From Saccostrea echinata (lineage: Eukaryota): a DNA stretch of 64,000 bases. The stretch is taken from contig NW_026889796.1 in assembly GCF_033153115.1 (NCBI RefSeq), positions 992,001 to 1,056,000 on the forward strand, in the 5' to 3' direction. A program made the translations under genes and the position numbers. The notes beneath the pieces were generated by a model. That model worked only from the letters and a program-made list of their open reading frames with translations, was not told the origin of the DNA and made no database searches. Below, piece by piece: positions 26,398 to 38,906 of the stretch. Within the stretch, counting starts at the first letter, position 1. Each line of letters begins with the position of its first letter.

Positions 26398-29300
26398 GTA
26401 CTGAAAGTATTCTAAATTTCAATTTACAAATGAACAAACTCTTGAAAGCATCAAGGAAACCTGCCTCATCAGCAGATCTATACTCACAAGGATGGGAAGT
26501 TAATTAATGCACCTGTATTTAGACAAAGATCAAAGTCATTTCAACAATGTCTGATCCTCTTCTTTGGTTCCCATTTCTGTCCTTTTTACAGGAGTCTGCA
26601 GGTGGAGTGGAAAAATCTTTTAGGACTTCGACTCTTCCTGATCAACACCTACTTGGCAATATATGTAATAAATTATACATTTTCCAATACTTTAACAGAA
26701 TGACCGTATAACCTTTGTTCAACTACATTTATTGATTACACTATTCATCTGCAGTCACATATCTGGTGGTTGTCCAAAAATGTCCAAACCAACATCACCT
26801 AGCTAGCACATGCATCATGAAATGTTTCCTGTGAGCTAATTCTCTTAGTGTACTACCACCTCCCTCAAAGAGAAAGAAAGAGCCCAGAAGGGGGGAGATT
26901 TAGGCTCTTTCTTCCTATATATATATGAAATTGGACTTTGCTGTAAGCTGGGAACTGTGAATATATAGAGAATGAAGTTCAACTTGCAAAACATCTCATT
27001 AATGTGCGCAAAAAAATACCTGAATATGAGAAGTATACGCTCCATAACCAGTTCTATGAAAAATTGATTGTCCATTCTCATGAATAATTGGTAAACTGAA
27101 TTTTCCGCCTTATCATCAGTTTTTCCTGAATGCATGAGTTTAAGATGGATTGACAAACACGGGCATTAAACATTCTCATTATATCAATTAATTACTCAAA
27201 TATATGGTCTCACACATCATTTACTTCATCAATTCCACTTTTCAATAAATACAATGGAACTAAAATAAATGGAACAAATAATTGCTTGCATTTTACATGA
27301 GTTCTTAAATCAAATTTAAATTGCAGTTTTTCCCAACACAGATTTTAAATAGCTTATATATCATAAAACTAATCAATCAGCTAGTGTTTCTATCAATTGG
27401 TCTATAAAAAATACAGCAAATCAACCTCAAAGAAATATCCATGTTAGATCCCTGACCACAGATATTGTACTTGGAAGCTCTCTAGGAATTAAGGTCTACC
27501 CCAAGCTCCTATCAGAGAGGATGAGTCTTCATGTATCTATAGAGTCCTATTTTCTCAATTTTTCAAAAACTGAAGTCATACTTTTCTCAAGTTTAAGAAC
27601 TAATGGGGGATGGAGAAGGGGGGACCATAACACACACCTTGTACTCACAATTATTCTAATTACAAGTTTATGGAAACTTTATAATGCAACAATGGAGACC
27701 ATATCATCATTTCAAAGAAAAACAAGAAAGCAGAAAACTACTTTCTACAAGGACTATCATGCAATACTTCATAGTCATAAGATAAATGTTTCGAAGTATA
27801 AATGCAATAACAGTATTCAGCATCATTAATCCCCCCCCCCCCCCCCCACCTCTTCCAAAAATCTTCAGAAAATGAAAAACAGACAAATAGCATTTTTTTT
27901 TTCAGAATCTGTGCAGTTGACCGACTTGATAAGAAATATGGCTGACGTCCTCTGTTACTTGATCTAGTAGTACCATGGACAAGAAAGGATTCTACAGTTC
28001 AAAGCTCATGTGGTTATCACCCCCATAGGTTATTGCTGTGTAATTACGTTTCACTAGGCCCTATCTTCGTGTTAAAAGACACATAATTCGATATCTGGAC
28101 ACAAGCACAGGCTTTTCCTGGACTATATTGGATCAAGTATGGTTTTGGTCAGTTGAATCTATTTTGCAGCACCAGAGTAATCTTGTTAAAGGATGTTCCC
28201 TTTCATCTGTTCACCATCCAGAACTGTAGTTCTCATGGTGGGAACATGATTTTGATTGAAAATTTAAATCAAAATCTGTGTTAAATGGAATGGCTGTCCA
28301 TTAATTTCACTCTACATAACAGAATTACACTAATCAACTCAATGCTATTAGTTAGGCTATAAAACAGCTGAATTCTCAAAAGAACATGACATGTTATGGA
28401 TGAAGACAAGATTCTCTTTTGCATACAAGTGAATCTTGAAAGTGCATTCAAATTGTATGTTTTTGGGGGGTGGGGTGGGGTTGTTCATATATATCCCTAC
28501 CCCAATTTAACAAAATGCCTACTTATGTCTATATACATACATCAAATTACAAAAATAATGATCCCTGGACTAATTACTTATGTTCATCAAAACTGCATCT
28601 AGAAGTGGAATAGCTAAGAACCATGTATCCTGAGAAAAGAATGCAAAGCTGACGCACAATTAAGTAATGGACGCCTGGCAATGTCAAAATCTTTATTGAC
28701 CATGACAAAATTGTTATCTGCCAAACTGTGATATATTTACCGAAGGAACACAATGACAAGTCCTAATGAAATTGTGTAGAATGTATTCTTTAACAAGCCC
28801 CAGCTAATGATCAGGCCAGTAATGCAGTTCTAAAAGACTCCTCATTTTACAGGGTCCATTTGGTAACACTCAAGTAATCTAGAAAATGACAAGAGCTTTA
28901 ATTCTGTCAAATTCTATTGCCTCCTCTGGGTGATTTGTAAGTAGCAGATGCATAGAAGCCTGTGTGGCCAGTATAAAAAAGCCCACTGCACTCTTCAGTG
29001 TAAGAGGACACTAACCCTTCCTCCTAAACTGGCTTATTGCATCCTATTTCCATGCACACAAGTCGACTGTCAAATCATTTTTTGGTTGTCATAAACATTA
29101 AATAAATATGCTAAAAAAGATGTCCTAATGTAAATACATTTTCAAGATCTTTTTAGTGGTATAAAAAACATAAACAGCTGAGAAATGGCTAATAATTTTA
29201 ACAAATATCAGAATTTTTCAAATGCCCCCACACTGTTCTGTGACTTGATTAACCTTTGGATTTAGTAAAGCTTTACAATTTCAGCTGTAGAACTATGTAT

Positions 29301-31590
29301 ACATATCTCTAAATATGTCTTCAAAATCAAGTTCTGAAGTGTTTTGCAATGAATGTAAGTGATCATTTTCCATTATTTGTTCTTTTTTTCTTGTGAAGAA
29401 AGTAAGAATAAGGTGCCTTTTGTGCAAATCCAAAAATTTGAAGACAATAATTAAAGCAGTAAATAAATGTCTAAAACATTATCAGGATACTCAACATGTG
29501 TTAGTTGAACTGTAATTCTTTATTCTTTTTTTATCACTCCAATCATCCCATTTTATTTTCAGATTTATGGGCCATGAATAGAAGCTCCCTCCTCTCATAA
29601 AAAAATAAATATTAATTGTAACCCAACAACATTACAGGCCTGAATATAACCTGTCCTGTGCTAAAAAGCACTGAACTTTGATGTACAGCAATCAGTTATA
29701 TCAACTTGGAAGGATGGAATGAAACTAATGAATAATTAATATGATTTAATGAAAATTCACACGAGGAGATCCATTTACATTAGAAAAACAAAATAAACAC
29801 ACTGCCAAAGGTAGAAGTCATCAAACACATTGCCAAAGGTAGAAGTCATCAAAATTGTTTTTCTCAGTAGTATTTGAAATCAATAAAACACCTAATCAGT
29901 TAAAATAATGCTTTTTCCGATTTATGTGCTGGAAAGTCCAATTTCCAATCCATGTATATGATCTGCGGCAGATTTACTTCATGAAACATTATCTCCTTTC
30001 AAAGTATCACAAGTGTTCAATACTGTGTTATCTGGTGGCTAAAGCTATCAAGAAAACCACAATGAACTGAAGAGGCACATACTTCTGAGAACAGTATGGT
30101 GGAATATTTGTAAAATCAAGTGCATTATCATTGCAGTTTTTAACTCCATTTAATGAGTCATAGATTTATAAAATATTGTGCAATTACGTCTTACATTAAC
30201 TTTATACAAACTAGAAAACTGACAGACACACAAGGTCTCATAACCCATGGTTCACATGCGTCTGTTTACACAGGGTGTGCAAATTGTGCATATTAGCAAA
30301 TTCTGCACCTGAGTGTATTTTAGTGCATGTGAACAGGGAGTGGGGGGGGGGGGGGGGGGTGTTTGTATGTATTTTTACTTTGTGCAAAATTTACATCTAG
30401 TCAGACTAGGTGCAAATAGATGGTTTTCCATCAAGGTGATTTAAGCAAGAGTTATTTCCCATGGCCGCCATATTGTAGGTCAACATCCCCAGATCCCTTC
30501 ATTATTCAACCAAGTTCAATTTGTTATACTGGGCATTTTTCAAGTTAAATTATCTATAACAACGTCTGAAATTGCAATGGGAAACAGGGCTGACACCCTA
30601 TTTGGTGCTGTATGAATTTCAGCCGTTAAAAACAAGTAATAAAAGAAGAGTTTGCGTTGGCGACATTAACTCTGTTGAAATCACTTGTGGATTTGATTCG
30701 TTTTCCTACTGAGATGTTATATTTTTTGTAAATAGAATATAATATACACACCAATTGGTGCAGACAGTATCAAGGCATGTTGTAAGCCTTTACAGAAAAA
30801 TTGAGAGCAAATTAAAACTGAAAATTTTGATTTATTTCAATTTTTGTCCGTTGTCATGACAAGATACGAAAATTCAGTCCGTTGTCATCGGTCCGTTGTC
30901 GCTGCTGTATTGTATACACTACGATCTTATGTTGTTTAGGTATCGTTAAGCATGCCATCAAAAAGAGGGGTGTGACGTACATATTGTCGTTTTGTACATA
31001 TTGTCGTCGGCGACAAAATGTACCTACCCTGACTGCACATATCGTCATCCTACGATACATATTGTCGACGGCGACAATTTGTACCGAGACGAGCCTTTTT
31101 TTTCCTCCTGCGTAATGGAAGACAAAATGTACAGTCAAGAATCGGCACGTTTTGTCGTCGACGACAATATATACTGTGACCATTGGCACATTTTGTCGCC
31201 GATATATTGTGTTGAATATTTACTAAGGTCGTGAAGAGAGAGAGATTGACACACATACAGAGAGCTAGACAAACAGAAGGATAGACAAAGCGTTTGGCTG
31301 ATAAATAAGTAAACAAGTTGTATTTATTTAACATTACTCGCAATATTGTAGGGAGAAATGGTGTTGCTCAGAAAACTGTGTCCAGCATTGGTTTACATGA
31401 CTTTGATATGTCAGAATACCGTAATTCTTGAGATATCTGAAAAAATCAGTCTATTCTTTTTTTCTCGTTATATATACATGGATATGAGATTGTAAGTTAT
31501 TTGTTCAGTAGAAAAGTTATCTGGAATTCATTTTTTTTTTTGTTTAATTCTCATACGAGTGCCGATATAATTGGTTTAGGGGTTGACATA

Positions 31591-32300
31591 TTTTAGCTCA
31601 CCTGAACTGATAGCTCTAGTGAGCTTCTTGTGTCGTCCGTCTGTCTGTCGGTAAACTTTTCACATTTTCAGCTTCTTTTCAGGAACTACTGGCCAATTTC
31701 AATTTCAACCAAACTTACCAGAAAGCTAACATGGATAAAGGGAGTCAAGTTAGTTCAAGTTAATGGTCATGACCTCTTTCAAGAAAGTACATGTGTAGTT
31801 AAGAATTAGTGAAAATTTAGTAACATCTTTATATAATTTTCTCAAGAACCGTTGTGTCAGAAAAGTTAAAACTTATGTGAAAGCTTTTATAATTATTATA
31901 AAGTGTAGATTCATTTTTATTCAGATCATGTCTGGGAAAAGGTGGGGCTACAAAAGGTGTTCAAAGTTTTAATACAATATTTAAGAATAATTCTTTCAAA
32001 ATTTTCTTCTCAAGAACTTCTGGATCAGATGAGATGATACTTATGTGAAAGTACACACATGAAGTGTACTTTTAATTTTTTAGATTCTGACACGAAAAAG
32101 ATCCCACACTTTGCAATGGCTCTGAGTTCCGAAAATAGGTCTAAATTTTTGGCCCTCCACCGGCAAGTGGGATATTAAAACAACAAACAAACAAAAACAA
32201 AATCAATTTTGTTCAAATCATGACCCCCATAGGTAGGGTGGGGCCACAATTGGTGATAAAAGTTTTCCGTTGAAATATATACAAAAACTCTTTAAAAATC
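31591..32300 (+). mobile_element. HINE/Helentron-type non-autonomous element, 5' part with ~160-bp central repeats
   Basis: Begins TTTTAGCTCACCTGAACTGATAGCTCTAGTGAGCT (subTIR + IR), then a (GTCT/GTCC)n microsatellite and central repeats containing TTCTCAAGAAC and GGTGGGGC. Confidence 0.8.
32087..32200 (+). mobile_element. 5'-truncated SINE fragment (same family as 59630-59921)
   Basis: GACACGAAAAAGATCCCACACT...ATAGGTCTAAATTT...GCCCTCCACCGGCAAGTGG followed by an (AAAC)n tail; matches the 3' half of the full copy. Confidence 0.8.
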
Positions 32301-32783
32301 TCGAGAATCAAAGACGGATCTAGCACCGGCGCACCCCACCCCCTCCCCCATCCCTATCCCACCCTTCCCCCTCCGTTTTTTTTTTTTTTTCATTTTCTTT
32401 GCTCTTGTAAATTCTGTTTTGTTTTTAACCTGTATATACTCTCAATTTTGTTCACAGGTAACATTTCATGATTAAATAATATAATTAACTTATACATGTA
32501 CAGTAAAACTCCTTCACACACAAACGATTTTTTTTTTTTTTGGCTTGTCAAAAAAAAAAAATCTGAACCGCCCCCCTCCCAGTTCTGAAATGGTGGAAAC
32601 ATTGCCATGCATTGTCATGCGACATGTACTAATGGACGACAATATGCTTAGTGAGTGTATGTACACGTCGCCGGCGACAATATGAACAGGTCGACAAAAT
32701 GTACTGTCACAATCACGCTACATGAATAGCATACGAGATACGTCAATGTGATTTACACACCAATTACATTTACAAATCCACCG

Positions 32784-32784
<1 letters not shown>

Positions 32785-32820
<36 letters not shown>

Positions 32821-33398
32821 CACTTTGGTTCGGAAATAGCAGAAATCAGTTCAGTATTAAAAAGTTTAAATATTAAAGTGAGGAGGGGGGGGGGGGTATG
32901 ATTTGCATGAACAAACTTGAATCTACACCACCTAAAGATGCTTTTGAACTGACTAATAATGGCTTTGTTTTCTAAAGAAGAAATTTTCATTGATATATCC
33001 TTTATAACCCTTTGTTTAACTATGATCCCCTGTTTGGCCCCTCTGTGGGATCATGATTTGAACAAATTTGAATCTACATTACCTGAGGATGCTTTTATTT
33101 TATGATGACCAATCACGTTTCTGCTGTTCTTGAGAATAAGATTTTTTAATGATTTCCCTTATGTATTCCTATGTTAAATTTTGATTTGAATAAACTTGAA
33201 TCTACACTACCTGAGGATGCTTCCATATAAATATGACCAATTATATGGCTTTGTTGTTCTTGAGAAGAAGATTTTTAAAGATTTTTCCTATATTATCCTA
33301 TGTAAAATTTTGACAGCCCACTGTTGCCCCATCCTACCCCCGAAGTCATGATTTGAACAAACATTACCTGAGGATGCTTCCACATAAGTTTCATATTA
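32785..33398 (-). mobile_element. HINE/Helentron-type element, 3' end plus central repeats, truncated by another TE
   Basis: AACAAGAGGCCCATGGGCCACATCGCTCACCTGAG (3' hairpin + subTIR) followed by repeats containing TGAACAAACTTGAATCTACAC...CCTGAGGATGCTT. Confidence 0.8.
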
Positions 33399-33838
33399 TC
33401 GGCCGTTGTCTTGCCCGATTTTTTTTTTCGTCGGCCGACCAATTTTATGTATGTCAGTCGGGTCAAGTTATAATTTTTTTTTGCGTCTATGGCCGATTCA
33501 ATTGAAGCACTCATTGAATAGTCCGTCCACCAACCTTCGATCATCGGCCGACCATCGGCATACAGTTTTTAAAGTCGGTCGTCAGTCGGTCGACATTTAG
33601 GAATTGGGTTTTCGCACAACTGTGGGCCGAAGATGAAAATCAAACTGCGGCCTAGCGAACGATGATCGGGCGACGGTTGGCCAAATTATAAATATTTTTA
33701 CTTTTAAAGGTATCGGTGTTCCTAGGAATTAATGTGACTACTCTGCGTCGCCCGATACTAGTGTCGGCCGATCATGTTTATTCAGCCGACGATACAAAAA
33801 TTATTTGGTTGCCCGACCATCGGCATGTGACATAAGCA
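33399..33838. mobile_element. Right-arm fragment of a PIF/Harbinger-like MITE
   Basis: Dense CGGCCGA/GTCGG motifs ending TGTGACATAAGCA then TAA. The left end is missing. Confidence 0.5.
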
Positions 33839-33841
33839 TAA

Positions 33842-34606
33842 CATTTTAATTTTGTTATACTGATGATATACAAGGAATTGTATATGTTTGCATACTAGCT
33901 AGGATGCAGGTTCCTAAGAGAAAATGAATTGAAAATAAAAACACCGCTGAATAGTTAGCACGTTGATGTGAGCTGTTTTAAGACGACCCCGAGATTCAAA
34001 TATATTTGTAATATGCTTTGTATTTTTTAAAATAAAGCATATATTTGATCATTTCTGTTGCATTTTATTGATTTACTAACATGTTAAGAAAAATGACAAC
34101 GGACCAGATAAACTTAACATGTACTGACAACGGACTTTTTGCTTATAAATTGCGATTTCTTAAAACATGTTAGCTACAAAAGGCTGTCAGTTGTCTAATA
34201 CATTGAAAATGAAGTTTCTCTTCATATTTTAAAATAAAGGTACCATTTCGATGAATTAAATATAGGAAATATATAATTTACCACCTCACGATCATGGCTT
34301 CACTCATGGGCATGTGATCGCCAACCAAAACTCCTCAAAATGTATTGTGGATATCAAATACATAAATCTTTGTATGGAATACTGAATGTTGTATCTGTTT
34401 CCCAAAATTCAAATTTATTCTTAGAATTTGTCAAAAACATTAAAATTTAGGCATTATGTATTAATTCTTGTATCTTTTGCATGACACCGGACGGATTTTA
34501 TCATAACCTCACCTGTATATTCATGACAACGAACCAGTTTCAGTGCTTAACTTTAAAGGTTTCTGACAACGGTACTGTCCAGGAACTTAACGTGTTCCTG
34601 GCCGTG
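33842..34606. mobile_element. Right arm of a CAC-terminated (CMC/Chapaev-like) element
   Basis: TGACAACGG repeats (34094, 34125, 34564) ending TTCCTGGCCGTG. The inverse motif CCGTTGTCA clusters at 30848-30900, suggesting the outer element of the nest. Confidence 0.45.
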
Positions 34607-34811
34607 AAACTATCCTAGCCTATATAAAGCACAGTTAGTCTCTGTAAATTAAAAAAAAAATGTGTGAATTATTACACCACATAAACAAAAAAGCTCATTG
34701 GCCACAATGCTCCCCCGAGTCACTTCTGTTCCACATCAGCAGATATTTTTTCCTTATATATATATTCCTATTAACACTTTGATTACCCATTGTGAATTAT
34801 TACACCATATA

Positions 34812-35418
34812 AACACAAGAAGCCCATGGGCAACAATGCTTCCCTGAGTCACTTCTGTTCTTCATCAGCAATTTTCCCTTTATATTCCCGTGTAACATTT
34901 TGATCACACATTGTGGCCCTACCCTACCCCAGAGGGTCATGATTTGAGCAAAGTTGAATCTACCACTATCTGAGGATGCTTCCTTATTAATATGACTGAT
35001 CATGGCTTTGCGATTCTTAAGAATAGTTTTAAAGATTTTCCTATATATTCTTGTGTAAACTTTGCCCATTGTGTCCCCACCCTACCCCATTGGTCATGAT
35101 TTGAACAATTTTCAATCTAAAGTATGTCATGAGGCTTTCACATAAGTTTCATCATTTCTGGCCTTGTTTTCAAGAAGAAGGCATTTAAATGACCCCACCA
35201 ATTTTCACCATTTCTTAATTATCTCCCTTTGGAAGAGCATGTGGTCCTTTATTTGAATAATTTAAAACCCCTTCACTCAAGGATACTCTGTGCAAATTTT
35301 GGTTGAAGTTGGTCCTGTAGTTCTGGAGAAGAAGACAAAAACTTCAAAAGCTTACTACAACAACAGACAGATAAATTTTGATCAGAAAAGATCACGAGCC
35401 TGTGGTCAGGTGAGCTAA
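34812..35418 (-). mobile_element. Short full-length HINE/Helentron-type element
   Basis: 3' end ACAAGAAGCCCATGGGCAACAATGCTTCCCTGAG, central repeats, a CAGA microsatellite remnant and 5' end CAGGTGAGCTAA (35407-35418). Confidence 0.8.
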
Positions 35419-35523
35419 CAATTATCACAGCAGTTACAATAACTTTTGACCTTGGCATTTTTAGGGGTCCCCAAAAGCTGTAAAGTTTTCCACTTGCCAT
35501 CATCAATCATCTATGTATAAGAG

Positions 35524-35818
35524 TTTTGTTGGTTTGCTTCACATCCCTTCAAGAATTTTTCACTTATATTGAGATGCCACCACTTGCTGATGGAGGGCTG
35601 CAAATTTAGACCTATGCTCAGCTCTTTTGGCTTTCGAGCACTGAGAAATCTTTTTCGTGTCAGCACCTACTTCGACACAGGATCTGAATTTATTTGGTCT
35701 CATCTGAAGGACTGGTCTCCAGGTCCTGCAGTGGGATTCCAACCCATGATGTAAGGATCAACTCCTTACTCCGCAACTCTACAGCAAATGTTCTAACCAC
35801 TGTGCCACGCGGGAGACC
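35524..35818 (-). mobile_element. tRNA-derived SINE, full length, diverged
   Basis: Reverse-complement homologue of 59630-59921; degenerate TSD CTATGTATAAGAG / CTATGTACAAGTG. Confidence 0.88.
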
Positions 35819-36603
35819 CTATGTACAAGTGAATCTGAAGTCAGATTGCAAGGTAATCTGGTTATTGTGTCACATAAAAATGCTGAGGAGAGGACATATG
35901 GACATGCAGAGTCCACACATCTTGATGCATTGCCTTAAATACATCCAAAAATAATTTATGAAGATCAAAAGCTCCTTGCTTACATCTAAAAGGGTTGGTT
36001 AAAATGCTACTCATAAAATATGAAGAATATTATTTACAATTCAACTAAAATTACAAAAGAACCTTTGCATGCTTTATTTCAACGCTGGGTTTCTATAGTC
36101 CGACTTCCTTTCACAGGTCCTTGACCTTTCCTAACCCTAGCATCTCTCTCAATCTTCCACTGTTAATTCCTGGTATTAATACTCCCCCTAGAGCAAAGTG
36201 ACTTATTAAAAATGGAGGCCTATCTTACAAACCAACAATAATGCACCATATACTGAATCATTTGTTTTTCTCCATTTTCTTCAAATGCAAGAAGTCAAAT
36301 TTTTAGTTTTATCATTATTACCCTTATCCATCAACAGTGGTTTTAAACACAGAATAATTTGACCAAAATTTATGAATAATTTCCACTATATTGTTTCACC
36401 TTTCCCCAGAGAATATTATCTTTGATGAGGATCAACCCCCTATATAGTCAAGTTTCTGCAGACAGCTCTAATTAGTATTCATCACTAGATGCATAATTAA
36501 TACTGGCTTCTAAGTGCTTTATAATTAACGTCTCTGTGCATTTTTATTAGTCTATTCTGATGGAGTGTATAAAACTTTCTTGCATTCACCAAAATCAATT
36601 CTT

Positions 36604-38906
36604 AACTAGTAAACTAATTGTTCAGAGAACAATTAGAGGTCTTTCCACCTTTTTAAGTGTTTCCGTGTCATTTGGGCTGAAAAAAAATGAAGAAAAATGC
36701 AATAAAAAAAAAAAAAAAAAAAAAAACCTCCTCCAGCTGGGATCGAACTCAAAACCCTTAGTTTGAAAGGCAGGTGCGCTAACCATTAGGCCACGCACTC
36801 CAATAACAATAGTATGTTAAAATGTTTAGGACTATAGAATAATTGCAAGCGTATTTTTAGAATCGGTAGGGGAAGAAAGAAGTTCCGTAAAAGGAAATAG
36901 TTCCTGAATTTGCAAGCAGTATATTAAATAATAAGGGACAGACTGCGTAAGAAAACATTAACACTGTTCCCTAATGAAAATTATTAATGGACTGTAGCCC
37001 GATTCATCGATATTGTGAGCATGCTGAATTTTTTGTAAATAGCTTTGTTGTAAGCTTAAAAGATCGGGTTTGGATTTTAACATTTCTGACTGAATATCCT
37101 GAAATAAATATGAAACATTTAAATAAGCATTTCTTTGGGTTAAATTAAATATGTGTATCACAAATTAAACTCCCAACATGCATTTTTAGAAGGGAAAGAC
37201 GACAATGAAAGCGAGAATTGTTTTTAATCTACTGAAAATCGCTATTTCTGGAAACTGATTAATTCTAAAGAAAAATCAAATAAATTCCAAATGTAAAAGA
37301 AAGGGAGAATGCTTGGTATTAAAATGTCGTATCATATCAGGAGAATCGAATGCTGCTAATGACATCTGAAGAAATAGCCAATAAAAGGTTTAGATCATTT
37401 CTTCGTTCACCTGCACTTTAATTACAAACACAACAGAACTTGTAGTTTTTGCCGTGAAACTTCAAGACTTCTATAAACTTATAGGACTCACCGTAAAACT
37501 CTCCAGAAACTTTCTCTGAGGTCTATACTACAATTGTACCAAATATGGTGTCGATCCGAGGTCTGGTTGGAATTTGACAGAAATATTCTACGTTGTTGTT
37601 GATGTGATTTTTTTTTTTTTTTTTTAAGAAGGGGGGGGGGGGGGGAGGTTAATTATTTATTTTATGCCTCTTTTAAACTAAGAATTGTAACTACTTCCAC
37701 ATCCTTAAGCCTGATTGTGACCTTGGGTCAAGGTCAAAGGTCAAGGTCATTAAAAAAAAAAAAAAAGAGAAATCTTTACTTTTCTATGATTTTACCTGAT
37801 ACTGGAGCTGAATGCATGTCCTTACTTTTCCATTTGACCCAAGGTCAAGGTGAAAGGTCAATGTCAAAGTTCAAGGTCATTTGGTAAATTGCCATATTTT
37901 ACACATACATAAGGAATTTTTAATGTTTTTAAATGACCTTGACCTTTGACCTTGACCTATATTTCAAGGTCAAAGGTCGAACATGCCCATGCAGTTAATC
38001 CCATGCCTCTAGGATACACCGTTTTAAAAAAAAGTTCATTAAATGTAAGCAGCGTAAACTTTCAGGGGCAGCAACTCATACAAGGGACCAAAGAATGCTT
38101 TCGCAATGATAGAATGAAGAGAGTACTAAATGAGTCGAAGACACTGACGAAGGTTTGGAATCTCTACGGTTTACGGTTTCGGAGGAGTAGCGATAACAAG
38201 GTTTTGTTGCACAAGGGGTGACAACTTTTGAATGGGTCAAGCTCGGGGGACAAGAATGAAATCTTTGAAATAGTTTTAGAAGGACATATTACAGATGCAA
38301 AGATATTCAGTATATGTTGAAAGACAAAAGAGATATTTAAAAAGCTAATTTTCTCATATTTTGAATGACCTTGTCCTTTGACATCTATATAAATTTCAAG
38401 GTCAAAGGTCACACATGCCAATGCTATTGGTCCCATGTCTCTACGATTAATCGTTTAGAAAAAAATTAATTATTCGTAACCATCAAAAACTTTCAGGGGC
38501 AATAACTAATTAAAGGGGTTTATGCAACCTTTCGCACTGAATAGATTGAAGAGTCTACTAAATTAGTCAAAGACATTAGTGAAGGTTTCGTATCTCTACG
38601 GTTTAGGGTTTCGAAGGAGTAGCGATAACAAGCTTTTATTGCGAAAGGGGTTGTAACTCCTTGAGGGGTCAAAGGTCATATACGCAGGGTCAACTGTAAA
38701 AATCTTTTACGAAGTGCATTCTTATGGACCATAAATCTTTTCGATAACTTTTAAAACAAAAAACCATTCGGCGGAAAAATAATAAAAATAATAATAATAA
38801 TAATAAACAGAACAATTTCAATAGGTCTTTCCACAGAAAGGTGGAAAGACCTAATAAACAGAACAATTTCAATAAGTCTTTCCACAGAAAGGTGGAAAGA
38901 CCTAAT
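36604..38906 (-). mobile_element. 2.3-kb HINE/DINE-1-like Helentron derivative
   Basis: On -: 5' subTIR+IR AGGTCTTTCCAC...GTGGAAAGACCT (duplicated), a (TTA)n microsatellite, two ~430-bp internal repeats (from ~37933 and ~38364), 3' subTIR (36637-36649), 10-bp-stem hairpin CTAATTGTTC-AGA-GAACAATTAG (36614-36636) and an ACTAGTT end. Confidence 0.88.
36728..36800 (-). other. tRNA-like Pol III promoter remnant inside the HINE
   Basis: A box TGGCCTAATGG (36783-36793) and B box GAGTTCGATCC (36740-36750) on -, followed by a long T run. The acceptor stem does not pair, so it is not a functional tRNA. Confidence 0.65.

Larger units (their letters stand above)
30968..32713. mobile_element. TIR element with TTGTCG/CGACAA subterminal palindromes, hosting nested insertions
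   Basis: Left GTGTGACGTACATATTGTCG matches inverted right CGACAAAATGTACTGTCACA. Repeated TTGTCGnCGnCGACAA at 31001, 31062 and 31152. No TSD found. Confidence 0.65.

Noticed and set aside
29795-29853. 28-bp direct duplication
   Set aside because: Ordinary slippage duplication with no further structure.
30854-31343. Overlapping ORFs on both strands
   Set aside because: They arise from palindromic subterminal repeats of a non-coding TE.
36728-36800. Functional tRNA gene
   Set aside because: The acceptor and T stems do not pair properly and it lies inside a mobile element.
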